Below, one piece after another: positions 38,513 through 48,720 of a stretch of 64,000 bases of DNA (within the stretch, counting starts at the first letter, position 1; each line of letters opens with the position of its first letter). The notes beneath the pieces are model-generated. The model made no database searches, was not told the origin of the DNA, and saw only the letters and a program-made list of their open reading frames with translations. The stretch covers positions 32,038 through 96,037 of the forward strand of contig CANHQR010000001.1 in NCBI GenBank assembly GCA_947462815.1. The letters are read 5' to 3'. Made by a program: the position numbers and the translations under genes. This stretch comes from Pseudobdellovibrionaceae bacterium (lineage in GTDB: Bacteria; Bdellovibrionota; Bdellovibrionia; Bdellovibrionales; JAMPXM01).

Positions 38513-41500
38513 TCAAAGACCGGGAACCTGAATACTGCGAACAATCCCGAAGTAGGAATCCATCTCGTCGGTGCAGCTCTTAAGATTCCTCAAGACCTGC
38601 GTCTGAACCGCCGCTTGAGGTGCGTCGCTTGCGACCCGAGCGCCCACAAAGGCCGTCAGCGCATCTTGTGCCTGTTGAACCCGCCCCTTCAATTCGTCGT
38701 AACGTTGCCGCGCCTCAATTTGTTTCGCATCGATGATCGATGTGTCGCCGACAAATCTTCCAAGCGCCCGCAGTTGCTGAAGGTAGGCCTCTGCGAGTCG
38801 ACCGTATTCTTGTCGAGTCTCTCCAGACTGCGAAACGTTCGCCGTTTTGGCGAGAACGACTGTGTAGAAGCGGGCTTCGTCTTCCAGCGAGGGCAAAGCA
38901 CCGAGAGCGAACTCGCGACCATTGTACTGACGGCGCTCCGTATTGGTCAGGGCGGGCAGATACTTCTCGCGGAGCACGCGGTGAAACTGCTGCCGGAAAG
39001 TGTTGAGCATGGATTGAACGTGGACGTCGACATGACGCTCCCACCATGTGTCGAAGGCGCTTGTCCAGTTGGGGTCAGCTTGCGCGGGTCGTGGTGTTGT
39101 GCCGACGATCTCGGATCGCATTCGATCGCGAACGAGCTCGAGGAAGCCATGATAGGTTTTTCCTTCCACAACGAACTGTGAGTTGTGAATGTCGAAGGTC
39201 GGTAAGTCGCGGTTATGGCCTCTTGGGAAAGTGTTGCAGATGTCGTAGTTGATCGGCTGAACCACTTGCGGAGGTCGGAACTGAGCGGCGAATCCAAAGG
39301 GACCCGTGATGAGGTTGTGTGGACCACGTCCTGGTAGCTGTCCATCTTGAGTCGGCCGCATCGTGGATTCAAAATGGCGATCCACTTCGATCATAGCTTC
39401 GCGATTGTTGGGATCAATGGACGGCGGTGTGCTGAGACCGAATCTGTGCAGAACAGAGTCCATCGTTGTACGCCGACTCGATTGAAAGAGACGAATTCGT
39501 TCTTCGGCGTTGGGATCGGCAGTTGGTCCGCAAACCATCGAAATCAGCAAGTAGTCGACCATAGACTGAGCGCGTGCTCGGCCAATACCCGAAGGGTGAT
39601 CTCGCTTGGTCTCTTGGGCAATGACGGCGGGATCGTCGTTGAAGGCCCGCAAGTAGGCCAGGCCTTCACGCAAAGGCTCGGGATCTCCCATGAGCAGTCT
39701 TAGCTTCATGTAGGGATTGTGCTCGGCGAGGCTCTCGTAGAGAGGCGACGGGTAGGGGATATGTCGATCTGACAAGGCTCGATCATTCTGAAGAGTCGTA
39801 CGGATTTGTGTGAGAGCTTGGCGGATCGCCTCTTCGCGAAGCCGCAGGCCGAGCTCATTACGCTGGGCCTCGGGAAGTGCCATGTACGAGGCCGCACTTT
39901 GGGGCGGAGGTAGGAATTGAGTCGCGGGAACCGCCGGATCCACCGCATCGAGATTTCGGAGAATTGAAGTGAGGGGCACACGCAGCGAACGCTCGCGCGC
40001 GCTTGTCCCTAAGCGCTGAAGGTAGTCGCGCAACCAACTTCGCGCGCGATTGAGGGCGTCTCGTGCGCCTTGCGAATCCGTACGTTGTTGGGGGTCAACA
40101 AACAACCCGTGAAGTGGACTTGCGACGTACAAGGGGCTGCGGTCTTGCGGTCGAATATTCGGCGTCGTCCGCTGCCAATGGATGTTATCAGCCATGTCTC
40201 GATAGAAGCTATAGGCATTCGCGTACATCGTGGAGAAGTCCGCGACTTTCTTCTGCCAGTTCGTATGAGCCGAATAGGCATCTTGGAGAGCGAAGTTTCG
40301 CCACTTCTTGGTTTTCTCAGCGTGCTTTTCCAGAAGCTTTTGCGGAGACATGCTCCGATAGCACTGAGCCGGCAAAGGAATGCCTCCCGCCATGAACATA
40401 TCGAGATGAGCATCGGCTTGGAGAGAATTGGGCTGCGTGCAATCCGGATCAATTTCGGCCGCAGGACGCCAACGCCAAGCTTGGGCCTCAGCTCGGCCGA
40501 TTTCATCCATGATCACGTTAAGGGAATCGGTGATGTCTTGTCCTTGCCGCCGACGTTCCCAAGGATTCTTAAGGTAGGGAAGAATCATGTGATTGATTTC
40601 CATGAAGACGAACACATTGGCGACGGTGATCGCGAAGCGCGCCCAAGGTCCACCCATGAAAGAGCCCAACCGCCAAGTGATGTTTAGGCCTCGAAAGACC
40701 ACAGGCAGGTAGCGCTCAGCTCCGCTACTGACGACACGACCAACGAGACCTGCAGCCCGCATCGTGGGATAGTTGACGAGATAAGCTTGAATGAAGGAGG
40801 TCGCGACCATCGAGAACAGATCGGGCGCGTAATCCATGAGCTTCTTCGAAATCGCCCAGTTCTCATACGCCTTTTCACAAGCGGTTTCGGCATCTTCAGG
40901 CTTCACGCTCCGAGAAACGAGAGACTTCGAGCACGTCTGCAAATCCGGATCATTGGCCATCTCGGTGATGACACTTGAAACCGTCATACCGGCGACTAGA
41001 CCCATCGGTCCCACAAGTGGTGCAAAGCCCCTCTGCAGACGTGTCGGACCAGCAGGTACGGCTTGCACTTGAGCGGCCCATGGCGCAGCTTGCGGAATGG
41101 CGAGTCCGGGCGCGACCATCTGCATGCGCTGGGGAACGTTGATCCGGTAGTCCCCAATCGGAGCTCGCAACGGATCGTAAGCTAAGCCTGCGGATTGAAG
41201 AAAGCTAGTGGAAGCGCGGCTGGCGGCCAAGAATCCGATGAAACTCACATGAGCGACCGGATCAAGTATGCTTCGGTCGATGAAGTTCTTCAGCGCGATG
41301 GGATCATTCTCCATGTGATTGCGAGCATTCAGCGCCAAAGCTAAGTTAAACGCGACCAGTTCGGCGGGGATGTCGGTTGCAAAATGCCGAGCTCGATTGG
41401 CGAAGCGATCGCGTTCTTGGCGTTGCGCATTTTGCTGTTGTCTAAACTGCTCATCAACCCGGCGTCTCAGGTTACGAGGCGACCACTGCCGCAGCTCCTG

Positions 41501-41854
41501 ACTGGGAAGCGTGGGGATATACACGCGAATGAGCTCTTGAGTTTCAGGATGGCGAAATTCAAATGCAAAGCGTTCGTTATTGGCCGGCTGTTGTCTCTGT
41601 AGATTTTGTTCCTGCGGACCTGACGTTGCGGCTGCACCCTGAGCCTGAGCTGAAGTTGTCCACGCCAGGAGCCCGAGTGTCCCCATCGCGATCAGTCTCT
41701 TCGTGACGAAGTTTGGAAGAGTCTTGAGAAATTTTCCGATGGAAGCACGAAAGGTCGAATGAGGTTCCGCAGGAAGAGATGCGATGGCGGCGGTCTCGAG
41801 TACCGCAACGACGTGATTCTCACTGAGATTCCGATCGGACGTCGACAATGACAT
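38513..41854 (-). CDS. Large hypothetical membrane/exported protein (about 1,113 aa) with no recognised domain
   Basis: This is a long uninterrupted ORF; the track gives 38513-41890. I prefer the ATG at 41854, preceded by GGAGGA. A hydrophobic anchor or signal (LIAMGTLGLLAWTTSAQAQG) lies near residue 55, with several further hydrophobic segments in the first ~450 aa. A large soluble C-terminal region follows. Confidence 0.7.
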   Translation of the reverse strand: MSLSTSDRNLSENHVVAVLETAAIASLPAEPHSTFRASIGKFLKTLPNFVTKRLIAMGTLGLLAWTTSAQAQGAAATSGPQEQNLQRQQPANNERFAFEFRHPETQELIRVYIPTLPSQELRQWSPRNLRRRVDEQFRQQQNAQRQERDRFANRARHFATDIPAELVAFNLALALNARNHMENDPIALKNFIDRSILDPVAHVSFIGFLAASRASTSFLQSAGLAYDPLRAPIGDYRINVPQRMQMVAPGLAIPQAAPWAAQVQAVPAGPTRLQRGFAPLVGPMGLVAGMTVSSVITEMANDPDLQTCSKSLVSRSVKPEDAETACEKAYENWAISKKLMDYAPDLFSMVATSFIQAYLVNYPTMRAAGLVGRVVSSGAERYLPVVFRGLNITWRLGSFMGGPWARFAITVANVFVFMEINHMILPYLKNPWERRRQGQDITDSLNVIMDEIGRAEAQAWRWRPAAEIDPDCTQPNSLQADAHLDMFMAGGIPLPAQCYRSMSPQKLLEKHAEKTKKWRNFALQDAYSAHTNWQKKVADFSTMYANAYSFYRDMADNIHWQRTTPNIRPQDRSPLYVASPLHGLFVDPQQRTDSQGARDALNRARSWLRDYLQRLGTSARERSLRVPLTSILRNLDAVDPAVPATQFLPPPQSAASYMALPEAQRNELGLRLREEAIRQALTQIRTTLQNDRALSDRHIPYPSPLYESLAEHNPYMKLRLLMGDPEPLREGLAYLRAFNDDPAVIAQETKRDHPSGIGRARAQSMVDYLLISMVCGPTADPNAEERIRLFQSSRRTTMDSVLHRFGLSTPPSIDPNNREAMIEVDRHFESTMRPTQDGQLPGRGPHNLITGPFGFAAQFRPPQVVQPINYDICNTFPRGHNRDLPTFDIHNSQFVVEGKTYHGFLELVRDRMRSEIVGTTPRPAQADPNWTSAFDTWWERHVDVHVQSMLNTFRQQFHRVLREKYLPALTNTERRQYNGREFALGALPSLEDEARFYTVVLAKTANVSQSGETRQEYGRLAEAYLQQLRALGRFVGDTSIIDAKQIEARQRYDELKGRVQQAQDALTAFVGARVASDAPQAAVQTQVLRNLKSCTDEMDSYFGIVRSIQVPGL

Positions 41855-42241
41855 CTCATCCTCCGCCTTCGGGGCGCCTTCGGTGCGCATTAGGGGTGAG
41901 GCGGCGTTCGTGCCGCTTCAACTCAGATCCAATGGTCGCAGGGTGCAAGCCAAGTGCTAGGAATCATGACGTGGTTGAGATTTTCCCGATGTTCGGATTC
42001 TGGGCGAACCTGATCCAAAGCTATTGAAAATGCGGGGATTTTTGAGGTGTCAAAAGACTCAACAGAGCCGACCGGGGAGCTTGTGGGTGACGATTTTTGT
42101 CGATGGCCGCTTTGTGCGGTCTGCTGTTGAAAAGTTGAACGTGTCGAGCTTCAAAAAAGACGCACCAAAAAACCAACTAGAGAGCCGACCGCAATGATGG
42201 GCCTACCCTCTCAGATTTTCCCGAAGCATCGACGATGAGGC

Positions 42242-43399
42242 CTAGCGCTGATTGCGTCGACCACTGCCCCGTCGGCCTTGTCCCTGTTGAGGACGATCGG
42301 CGTTCGGCTGTTGAGCAGGCTGTGCGGTGGGAGGCTCCATGGGTAGAGCGCGAACAGGTTCAACGACGTTCACAGCCATCGGTGTCGCCTCTGAGGGAGC
42401 GCTGGACTCCGAGCCATTGGCTTTGGGCTGATAAGTTTCCATACCGAAAATGATCACTCGTTTGAGTGGCCGATCTGTGGGACTCGTCGGGACGAGGGCA
42501 ATCTTTTTGATGGTTTCCCAGCCCTCGATGACTTCACCGATGATGGTGAATCGGTCGTCAAATTCTGGCAGCGGTGCCAGAGAAATGAAGAATTGGCTAC
42601 CGTTTGAATCCTTACGATTGGATGCAGCCGCGCCCTCTTCGATCTGCTGAGGGGCCATCGCGACGACGCCGGGACGATTGAAGCGTGCGCCCGGTGAAAA
42701 CTCATCCGGCACCGTGAAGCCCGGTCCACCTCGTCCTGTGCCGAAGGGGCAACCACACTGAATCAAGGTTCCTCGGATGACTCGATGACAAGATAGTCCC
42801 GTGTAGAAGGGGCGTGTCACCTTTCGGCCCGAGCGAATATCGACAAACTCTTTGCGCCCGAGCGCTAACTCAAGAAACGAATAAACATTCTGTGGCGCGA
42901 TCAAAGGGTTGAGTTGAATGACAAAGTCACCCTCGGAGGTGCTGACGACGATTCTAGGTTTAGTGATCGAGGACTGACTCGCCGAGAACAACTCGCTCTT
43001 TGGCTCTGGAGAATTCACGATCTGCGAAGGAGGAGGATTGAAGGCCGGAGAATTCGATGAGGGCCCAGCCTGAGGCGGAGGTGTTGGCAGCGCCACTTGT
43101 TGTGCATTACCGGGGAAGTTTCCGCCAGCGCCACCACCCAGCGCTTGAGGCACAGGCGTTTGTGCCGGGCCTTGCGTCGGCGGCAGAACACCTCCAGGTA
43201 AGCCAGGCGTTGTTGGTGGAGGCAGATTCGGTGAAAACTGTGGCGGGACCTGTGCGGAACTTTGTGCAGCTAAGAAAAACTGCATGCCGGCCATGAGCGC
43301 AACAAGTTGAGACCTCAAAACGCGAATGGGAAACACAGAGCGATGAGCAAGCAAGCCGACTCGCGCAGAATTTTTTTGGGGCTTCGACTCTATCTTCAA
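42242..43399 (-). CDS. Cyclophilin-type peptidyl-prolyl isomerase with a Pro-rich N-terminal extension and a C-terminal tail
   Basis: The core motifs are FHRVI-like CHRVIRGTLIQCG, GTGRGGPGFTVPDEF and SNGSQFFISL. The N-terminal region of about 120 aa is rich in P, Q and G. Confidence 0.85.
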   Translation of the reverse strand: MKIESKPQKNSARVGLLAHRSVFPIRVLRSQLVALMAGMQFFLAAQSSAQVPPQFSPNLPPPTTPGLPGGVLPPTQGPAQTPVPQALGGGAGGNFPGNAQQVALPTPPPQAGPSSNSPAFNPPPSQIVNSPEPKSELFSASQSSITKPRIVVSTSEGDFVIQLNPLIAPQNVYSFLELALGRKEFVDIRSGRKVTRPFYTGLSCHRVIRGTLIQCGCPFGTGRGGPGFTVPDEFSPGARFNRPGVVAMAPQQIEEGAAASNRKDSNGSQFFISLAPLPEFDDRFTIIGEVIEGWETIKKIALVPTSPTDRPLKRVIIFGMETYQPKANGSESSAPSEATPMAVNVVEPVRALPMEPPTAQPAQQPNADRPQQGQGRRGSGRRNQR

Positions 43400-43422
43400 G
43401 TCTGATCTCCGTTCAGCTCCGC

Positions 43423-46110
43423 CTATTTTCTTTCCGCTTCGATGGCCGCCAATCGGGACTCGGATTCTCGTAGGCCATCAATTAGGAAACTCTTCAGCCT
43501 CGTCCTCATATTCAAACTCGAGCGATCGTCTCGAACACCTGCCGTGCTTCGATGATCTTCCTCGCGCAGCCCCAGTCTTCGTGCAACTCGGTCGGTTTCC
43601 TGGGCTCGGAAGTTGATCTTCGAATTGCTCACATCTCCCGTCAGACGATGCCACTGTTCCACAAGCCGCGTTCTGCGGTAGATGTCGAGAAGTCGAGCGG
43701 AATGTGTCGACCAAACGCTCGAAGTCCTCTCTAGAAAGTGAATCATGCTCTGTGTCGAGGGCTCAAGCTCGAACTGCTCGGAGGCTTCGTGAAGCCGAAG
43801 GCAATCGATTTGCGCGGCAAACTCGACAGATGCGAGACCTCCACGCACTAGCTTAAGGTCGAGGTCAAAAGCGTTTGCGTCGATTGGCTTGAAGAGTTGC
43901 CGACTGATCGAGAGAACTTGCTCGTGATCCGCAATGGTCCATGGCCGAGAGCGACAAATCTTCGATGGGGAGAAGTCGAGTTTCACTCGAAGTTGTTCTT
44001 CGGCAAGCAAGCGAGCCCGAAGCCAACTCTGTCGTTCCCAGGCCTCGGCCTGCGTGAGCAAGTGTTGATGTAACTGATCATGCTCGACCAAAATTGGTCC
44101 GGCATGACCGCTGGGTCGCAAGCGAAGATCAATGGAGTAAAGTTGGCCTCCTCGGCGCGATTCGGTGAGGCGGTGAATGAAGCGTCGGGCGAGCTTCTGC
44201 TGTGCTGCTTGAGGACTGCCTCGAACAAGGAAGACGAAATCCAAATCGGACTTAGCGCCGAACTCTCTCCCCCCCCACTTTCCGAGCGCGATCAGACCAA
44301 GTGGTTCAATACCCATCTCGTTGGCGCAGGTGAGCATAGCGTCGGTGGCGATTTGGTCGGCAAGAGAGGTGAGCTTCTGCAGATAATTTTCGAGGTTGTT
44401 GTTAGCAGCAAAGTCCAAAAGCGCGAGAAGTTCTCCGACGAGTCGTCGTTCTGCAAGGGCTTCAAAAGCCTGGTCGGCGAGCGCAGGATCTCGGGGGATC
44501 TCGGCATCCGCGCGAAGAATAATGGAGTCCAAGAGTTCGGGTCGCCCCGCGAGTGTGTGTCCAGCCCAGGGTGAGACGCTGAGTAAAACAGCGAGACTCT
44601 TAATGAGACTTGGTTCGGAATTTAGAAGAGAAAAGAAGCTCGCCTTAACGCGGGTCGAGCGCACGAAGTCCGTCAGCAGAGCGAGGCCCAAATCCAGGTC
44701 GCCACCAGCGTTTTGCAAAGCCTTCAGAAATGACGACAGAAAGGTTCGTCGGGCCCGCTCATCGCGTTCGGCGCGACGACTCTTGGCGTGAAGCTGTTCG
44801 AGTTTTTCAAGGCACTCGCTTGCCACGCGCTCACTGAAACCTAACTCGACAAGCTTATTGACGTCGGGAATCTCGAGATTCTCATCGCGCCTAGCCGGAA
44901 AGGCCCGTTCCGCGAGCTGAACGACTTTGGCGGCTCGGGCACGCAGATCATGAGCTGAATAGGCGCCCGTTGCACCACTTCGAACTATATATTCGGAAGA
45001 GTCTTCCCGAACTTGAAGTCGGTTCTCGATGCCTCGATAATGCCAATAGGTTTCATGCAGTAACTTTGATTCTTCGTCATCGAGAAGTTTTGCATCCCGC
45101 AGTTTGCGAATCGCTTGTGAGGTCGATTTAGCATCATGACTGGCCAAAGCCCTTGTTCGGCCGCCGTGCGTGATCTGCAGAGCATGAATGAAGAGTTCGA
45201 TATCGCGAATTCCACCTGGATGTAACTTTAAGTGAAAGCGTCCGTCGGCATGTGGGGGGTACTCGGCCCGTATTCGACTGAGCAAGAGGCGAGTTTCGTC
45301 AAAGACCGTATAGTCCAAATGCCGAGGAAAGCAGAAGTTCGTCAGGAGAGACTTCAGTTGCAACTCGAGTTTCTGCGGATCGATGACGAAACGATGTCTC
45401 ACCCAAGCGAGGCGCTCCCAGAGCTCACCATGATAGCCGAGATGGTTTTCAAGAGAGGACAGTTGCAAGACAGCTGGTGCGGAGCCGCCGCCCGGTCGAA
45501 GTCCCAGATCGACGCGATGGCAGAAGCCGAAATTTGTGTTTTCACTCAGAAGTTTCACAAAATCCTGGGCGGCCTTCTGGTCGGCTCGAATGTCATCTTC
45601 CGATGATCGGTCCGGAGACACGAGGACGAGATCGATATCGCTTGAGATATTGAGTTCGCGAGATCCGAGCTTACCCATCGCAATGACGGCCACATCCTTG
45701 AAGCCGGAGAGGTGATGAGCTTCGCGGATATGGCAATCTGCCGCTTGACTCCAATCCGCGCAGATTTTGTCATCCCCATTTCGCAACTGCTCTGGCTCTA
45801 AGGGCGGCTCAGCCGTCTGAGCTTTTGTTCCATTCTGCTCGTCGAGTTTCATCAGTTCAAAGGCCGCTGAGATCCAAGCGACATGGCGCTGCACGCGAAG
45901 TCGTTCGGAATCCGTGACGGCTTGTTGTTCTCGACAAATTCTGACGAGCCGACTCGCGGCCGGCGAAAAAGCGGCAAGCGAATGAACCTCAGCGTCGGTG
46001 AGGCGCCAAGGTAGCTTGGATTGGAGGTCCTCCACATCACTCAAAGGCCGGCGACCAGTGGGGTTTTGAGTAATCGTTTTGGTCGTAGCTGATTCGTCGT
46101 TCGACTTCAC
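43423..46110 (-). CDS. glnE: Glutamine synthetase adenylyltransferase/adenylyl-removing enzyme
   Basis: The 895-aa ORF has two nucleotidyltransferase modules (MGKLGSRELNISSDIDLVLV and LGKWGGREFGAKSDLDFVFL). The annotated start overlaps the tolB 3' end by 74 nt, so the true start may lie further downstream. Confidence 0.85.
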   Translation of the reverse strand: MKSNDESATTKTITQNPTGRRPLSDVEDLQSKLPWRLTDAEVHSLAAFSPAASRLVRICREQQAVTDSERLRVQRHVAWISAAFELMKLDEQNGTKAQTAEPPLEPEQLRNGDDKICADWSQAADCHIREAHHLSGFKDVAVIAMGKLGSRELNISSDIDLVLVSPDRSSEDDIRADQKAAQDFVKLLSENTNFGFCHRVDLGLRPGGGSAPAVLQLSSLENHLGYHGELWERLAWVRHRFVIDPQKLELQLKSLLTNFCFPRHLDYTVFDETRLLLSRIRAEYPPHADGRFHLKLHPGGIRDIELFIHALQITHGGRTRALASHDAKSTSQAIRKLRDAKLLDDEESKLLHETYWHYRGIENRLQVREDSSEYIVRSGATGAYSAHDLRARAAKVVQLAERAFPARRDENLEIPDVNKLVELGFSERVASECLEKLEQLHAKSRRAERDERARRTFLSSFLKALQNAGGDLDLGLALLTDFVRSTRVKASFFSLLNSEPSLIKSLAVLLSVSPWAGHTLAGRPELLDSIILRADAEIPRDPALADQAFEALAERRLVGELLALLDFAANNNLENYLQKLTSLADQIATDAMLTCANEMGIEPLGLIALGKWGGREFGAKSDLDFVFLVRGSPQAAQQKLARRFIHRLTESRRGGQLYSIDLRLRPSGHAGPILVEHDQLHQHLLTQAEAWERQSWLRARLLAEEQLRVKLDFSPSKICRSRPWTIADHEQVLSISRQLFKPIDANAFDLDLKLVRGGLASVEFAAQIDCLRLHEASEQFELEPSTQSMIHFLERTSSVWSTHSARLLDIYRRTRLVEQWHRLTGDVSNSKINFRAQETDRVARRLGLREEDHRSTAGVRDDRSSLNMRTRLKSFLIDGLRESESRLAAIEAERK

Positions 46111-47479
46111 CGTCGACGCTCACAGTATAGAGTTGCTTTCGTCCTGTACGGTTGCTGACAAAAAGAATGTGACGCCCGTCGGGAGAGTAAGAGGGGTCTT
46201 CGTTGTCCGCCATTTTACCGTTGGGTTTTCGGGCTGAAGTCAGCCGAAGCATGTCGGACCCGTCGGCTGCAACAGTGAAGAGATCGAAATGGCCCTTATC
46301 ATAGCCTGCAAAGACGAGGCGTTGACCATCCGGAGACCAGCGAGGTGCTGAATTGTAAGTGCCTGCGATCGTGATCCGACGAATATTCGAGCCATCGGCG
46401 TTCATGATGAAGATGTGAGGTCTTTCATTGCGGTCGCTTGAAAACGCGATCTGCGATCCATCGGGACTCGCGGCGGGCTCGACGTTCATCGCTCCGCGTG
46501 GGCCATTCGTGAGTCGTTCGAGCCTCCGTCCATCGATCGACATGCGATAGATATCTGGATTTCCCGCATTCGAAATCGTCAGGAGAAGATTGCGGCCATC
46601 TGGAAAAAAGCTCGCGCCGGAGTTGAGGCCGGGCCTGTAGGAGACGAGTTGGCGCTGACCTGTCGATGGATTGTAAGTGAACATATCGAGGTTTCGCGTT
46701 TTCCGAGCAGGGTGGTAGGCATAGGCGCTATAGGCGAGAGTCTTACCATCAAAAGACCAGGCCGGAGAAACTGTGATCGACTTGTGGGTCGTCACTTGAC
46801 GGGCGTTCGCTCCATCCCAATCCATGATGAAGATTTCCTTTTTGTCTTTTCCTGCGGTTCGGCTCACGGCGATTCGCGACAAAAACATACCGCGAAGTCC
46901 GGTGAGCTCTTTGACGACATCATTGGCAAAGGTGTGGGCCACGCTGCGCACATCGGCCATGTTGCCGCGATAAGTCCGGCCGAGGACGAGCTTGGCCTGA
47001 GGTACATGGTAAAGGTAAGCGTCCATCACCACTTCACTACCGGTCATGCGATAGCCTACGCGAACTAGAAACTCAGTGCCGATTTGTTTCCAAGCCGGGA
47101 AGGTGAAGCCGCCCGCTTCTTGAGGTGAAGGTTTCAGACCGACCTTTGCGGGGTCTTCAAGAAAGGCGTCGGGCTTGATGAAGTCAAAGAATCCGCTGAC
47201 CTCCATATCTTGCCGGAAGACATCGTAGAGCTCTTTACCGACCTTGAGATGCTGTGGAGAGGCGGCGGCCACGCCCGTGAGTTGAAAGGCGGGTAATGCC
47301 ATTAAGCTCTTTTTGAACTTGGCGTCGGTGATTCGTATGTAGGCGCCTGAACCCGCGCCCTCTTGGGCCTTCGCCGCCGATCCAAGAAGAGAAAGTCCAC
47401 AACACAAGATCAAGTGGGCTGTCATCAGTTGGAATTTGCGCATGTTCATTCTCCTCGGGTTCGACGCGACTCGAAGCAT
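46037..47479 (-). CDS. tolB: Tol-Pal system beta-propeller protein TolB
   Basis: A signal peptide and a TolB N-domain are followed by repeated propeller blades (SPAWSFDGKTLAY, SPDGSQIAFSSDR, WSPDGQRLVF, YSPDGRHILFVSNR). Confidence 0.9.
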   Translation of the reverse strand: MLRVASNPRRMNMRKFQLMTAHLILCCGLSLLGSAAKAQEGAGSGAYIRITDAKFKKSLMALPAFQLTGVAAASPQHLKVGKELYDVFRQDMEVSGFFDFIKPDAFLEDPAKVGLKPSPQEAGGFTFPAWKQIGTEFLVRVGYRMTGSEVVMDAYLYHVPQAKLVLGRTYRGNMADVRSVAHTFANDVVKELTGLRGMFLSRIAVSRTAGKDKKEIFIMDWDGANARQVTTHKSITVSPAWSFDGKTLAYSAYAYHPARKTRNLDMFTYNPSTGQRQLVSYRPGLNSGASFFPDGRNLLLTISNAGNPDIYRMSIDGRRLERLTNGPRGAMNVEPAASPDGSQIAFSSDRNERPHIFIMNADGSNIRRITIAGTYNSAPRWSPDGQRLVFAGYDKGHFDLFTVAADGSDMLRLTSARKPNGKMADNEDPSYSPDGRHILFVSNRTGRKQLYTVSVDGEVERRISYDQNDYSKPHWSPAFE

Positions 47480-47493
47480 AACTTCCTATTACC

Positions 47494-48291
47494 TCATCGG
47501 GTTGTGGAGGGCTCAAGATCTAAGAGCAAACCGCTCGTGGAAAGTAGACCTGCTAGACTGGATGGAGGTTGGGGAAAGGGCACAATTGAATCGATGGCCT
47601 GAAGAGCCGACTCGTCGAATACAGAATTGCCACTGGATTGTAAGATTGCCTTTTTGATTACAGCGCCTTGCGCATCGATGTGCACGAGGACTTTCACCTT
47701 CAGACCATTCTTCGCCAAGTACTTGGGCGGTCGCCATGCGGTCCGAATTTTTTGTTCCAGCGAGGACAGATAGGTGTCGTGATCAAGTCGAGTCAAACCT
47801 GAGAGCGAGCCACCTCGGGATACTTGATTTCCTTGTACGGGTCGAGCTTGGGCCATCGCGGCCGCGGCCTTGGCCGCGGCATCAGCTCGGGCCTGTCGCT
47901 CGAGCTTGGCAATCGCTTCCAATTTTTTGAGTGCAGCAGTTTGATCCTGGCGGAGCTCTCTCGCCGAGCGTTCTCTGGGAGTTGGTCCCGGCGTCGGCTT
48001 GAGGACAACCACGGCCGGCGGCGGAGGAGGAGGGGGAGCCTGCTCGCGCGGCGGGAGTTGAGCTGGCGGTGGTGGGGGCGGGGGTTCGGCCTGCGGGGGA
48101 GGAGGAGCGGGTGGAAGTTCCGGCGATTTGTCGGGCAAACCCACGATGTCCACGCGAATCGCGGATTCGATTCGCAGGGGTTCGTTGGGAAAGAAGAAGG
48201 CCTTCAGGGTGAGCGCTGCCACGACGACCACGTGAGCGCCTAAGGAAATACTCAATGAGTTTCCTAAACCCTGCGCGAATGGATCTTTCAA
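47494..48291 (-). CDS. tolA: TolA/TonB-family energy transducer (TolA by context)
   Basis: An N-terminal TM and a poly-Pro tract (PPAPPPPQAEPPPPPPP) precede an Ala/Lys helical segment. The C-terminal TonB_C-like domain reads KVKVLVHIDAQGAVIKKAILQSSGNSVFDESAL. Confidence 0.7.
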   Translation of the reverse strand: MKDPFAQGLGNSLSISLGAHVVVVAALTLKAFFFPNEPLRIESAIRVDIVGLPDKSPELPPAPPPPQAEPPPPPPPAQLPPREQAPPPPPPPAVVVLKPTPGPTPRERSARELRQDQTAALKKLEAIAKLERQARADAAAKAAAAMAQARPVQGNQVSRGGSLSGLTRLDHDTYLSSLEQKIRTAWRPPKYLAKNGLKVKVLVHIDAQGAVIKKAILQSSGNSVFDESALQAIDSIVPFPQPPSSLAGLLSTSGLLLDLEPSTTR

Positions 48292-48719
48292 GGCCCACCC
48301 TTTGGCAAAGTCACAAGACCAATATTCTGAATTCCCGCCGCGCGAATTTCGGCCATCGCCTCGGCAACGAACCCATAGTCAACGGCCTTGTCGGCCTGAA
48401 GATAGATTTGTTTGTTTGATCGCGTCGCGAAGATCGCCTGAAGGCGCTTGCGGAGATCAGCGATGGGGATCGGCTTATCAGCGACGGTGATTCGCTTAGA
48501 CTTGCTGATTTGGATCACAAACGGCTCGTCATTCGTGCTGAGGCCGGTGGCGGCGGTCTCGGGTAAATCGACCTCGAGCCCTTGTTGCATCATGGGTGCG
48601 GTGATCATGAAGATGATCAGCAGCACCAGCATCACGTCCACGAGTGGTGTGACATTGATCTCACTCATCACCATGCGGCTCTTGCCGCCGTTGGAACTTC
48701 CTCCGCCGCTCATACCCAT
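48288..48719 (-). CDS. tolR: TolR (ExbD/TolR family)
   Basis: The 143-aa ORF has SEINVTPLVDVMLVLLIIFM. It has a 4-bp overlap with tolA. Confidence 0.85.
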   Translation of the reverse strand: MGMSGGGSSNGGKSRMVMSEINVTPLVDVMLVLLIIFMITAPMMQQGLEVDLPETAATGLSTNDEPFVIQISKSKRITVADKPIPIADLRKRLQAIFATRSNKQIYLQADKAVDYGFVAEAMAEIRAAGIQNIGLVTLPKGGP

Positions 48720-48720
48720 T

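Noticed and set aside
38414-39181. A 255-aa plus-strand ORF, with others at 40070-40687, 39347-39703 and elsewhere, opposite the 1,113-aa gene.
   Set aside because: These are short, mutually out-of-frame antisense ORFs, whereas the minus strand holds a single uninterrupted 3.3-kb frame with a strong RBS. They could still matter if the big ORF proves spurious, but that seems unlikely.
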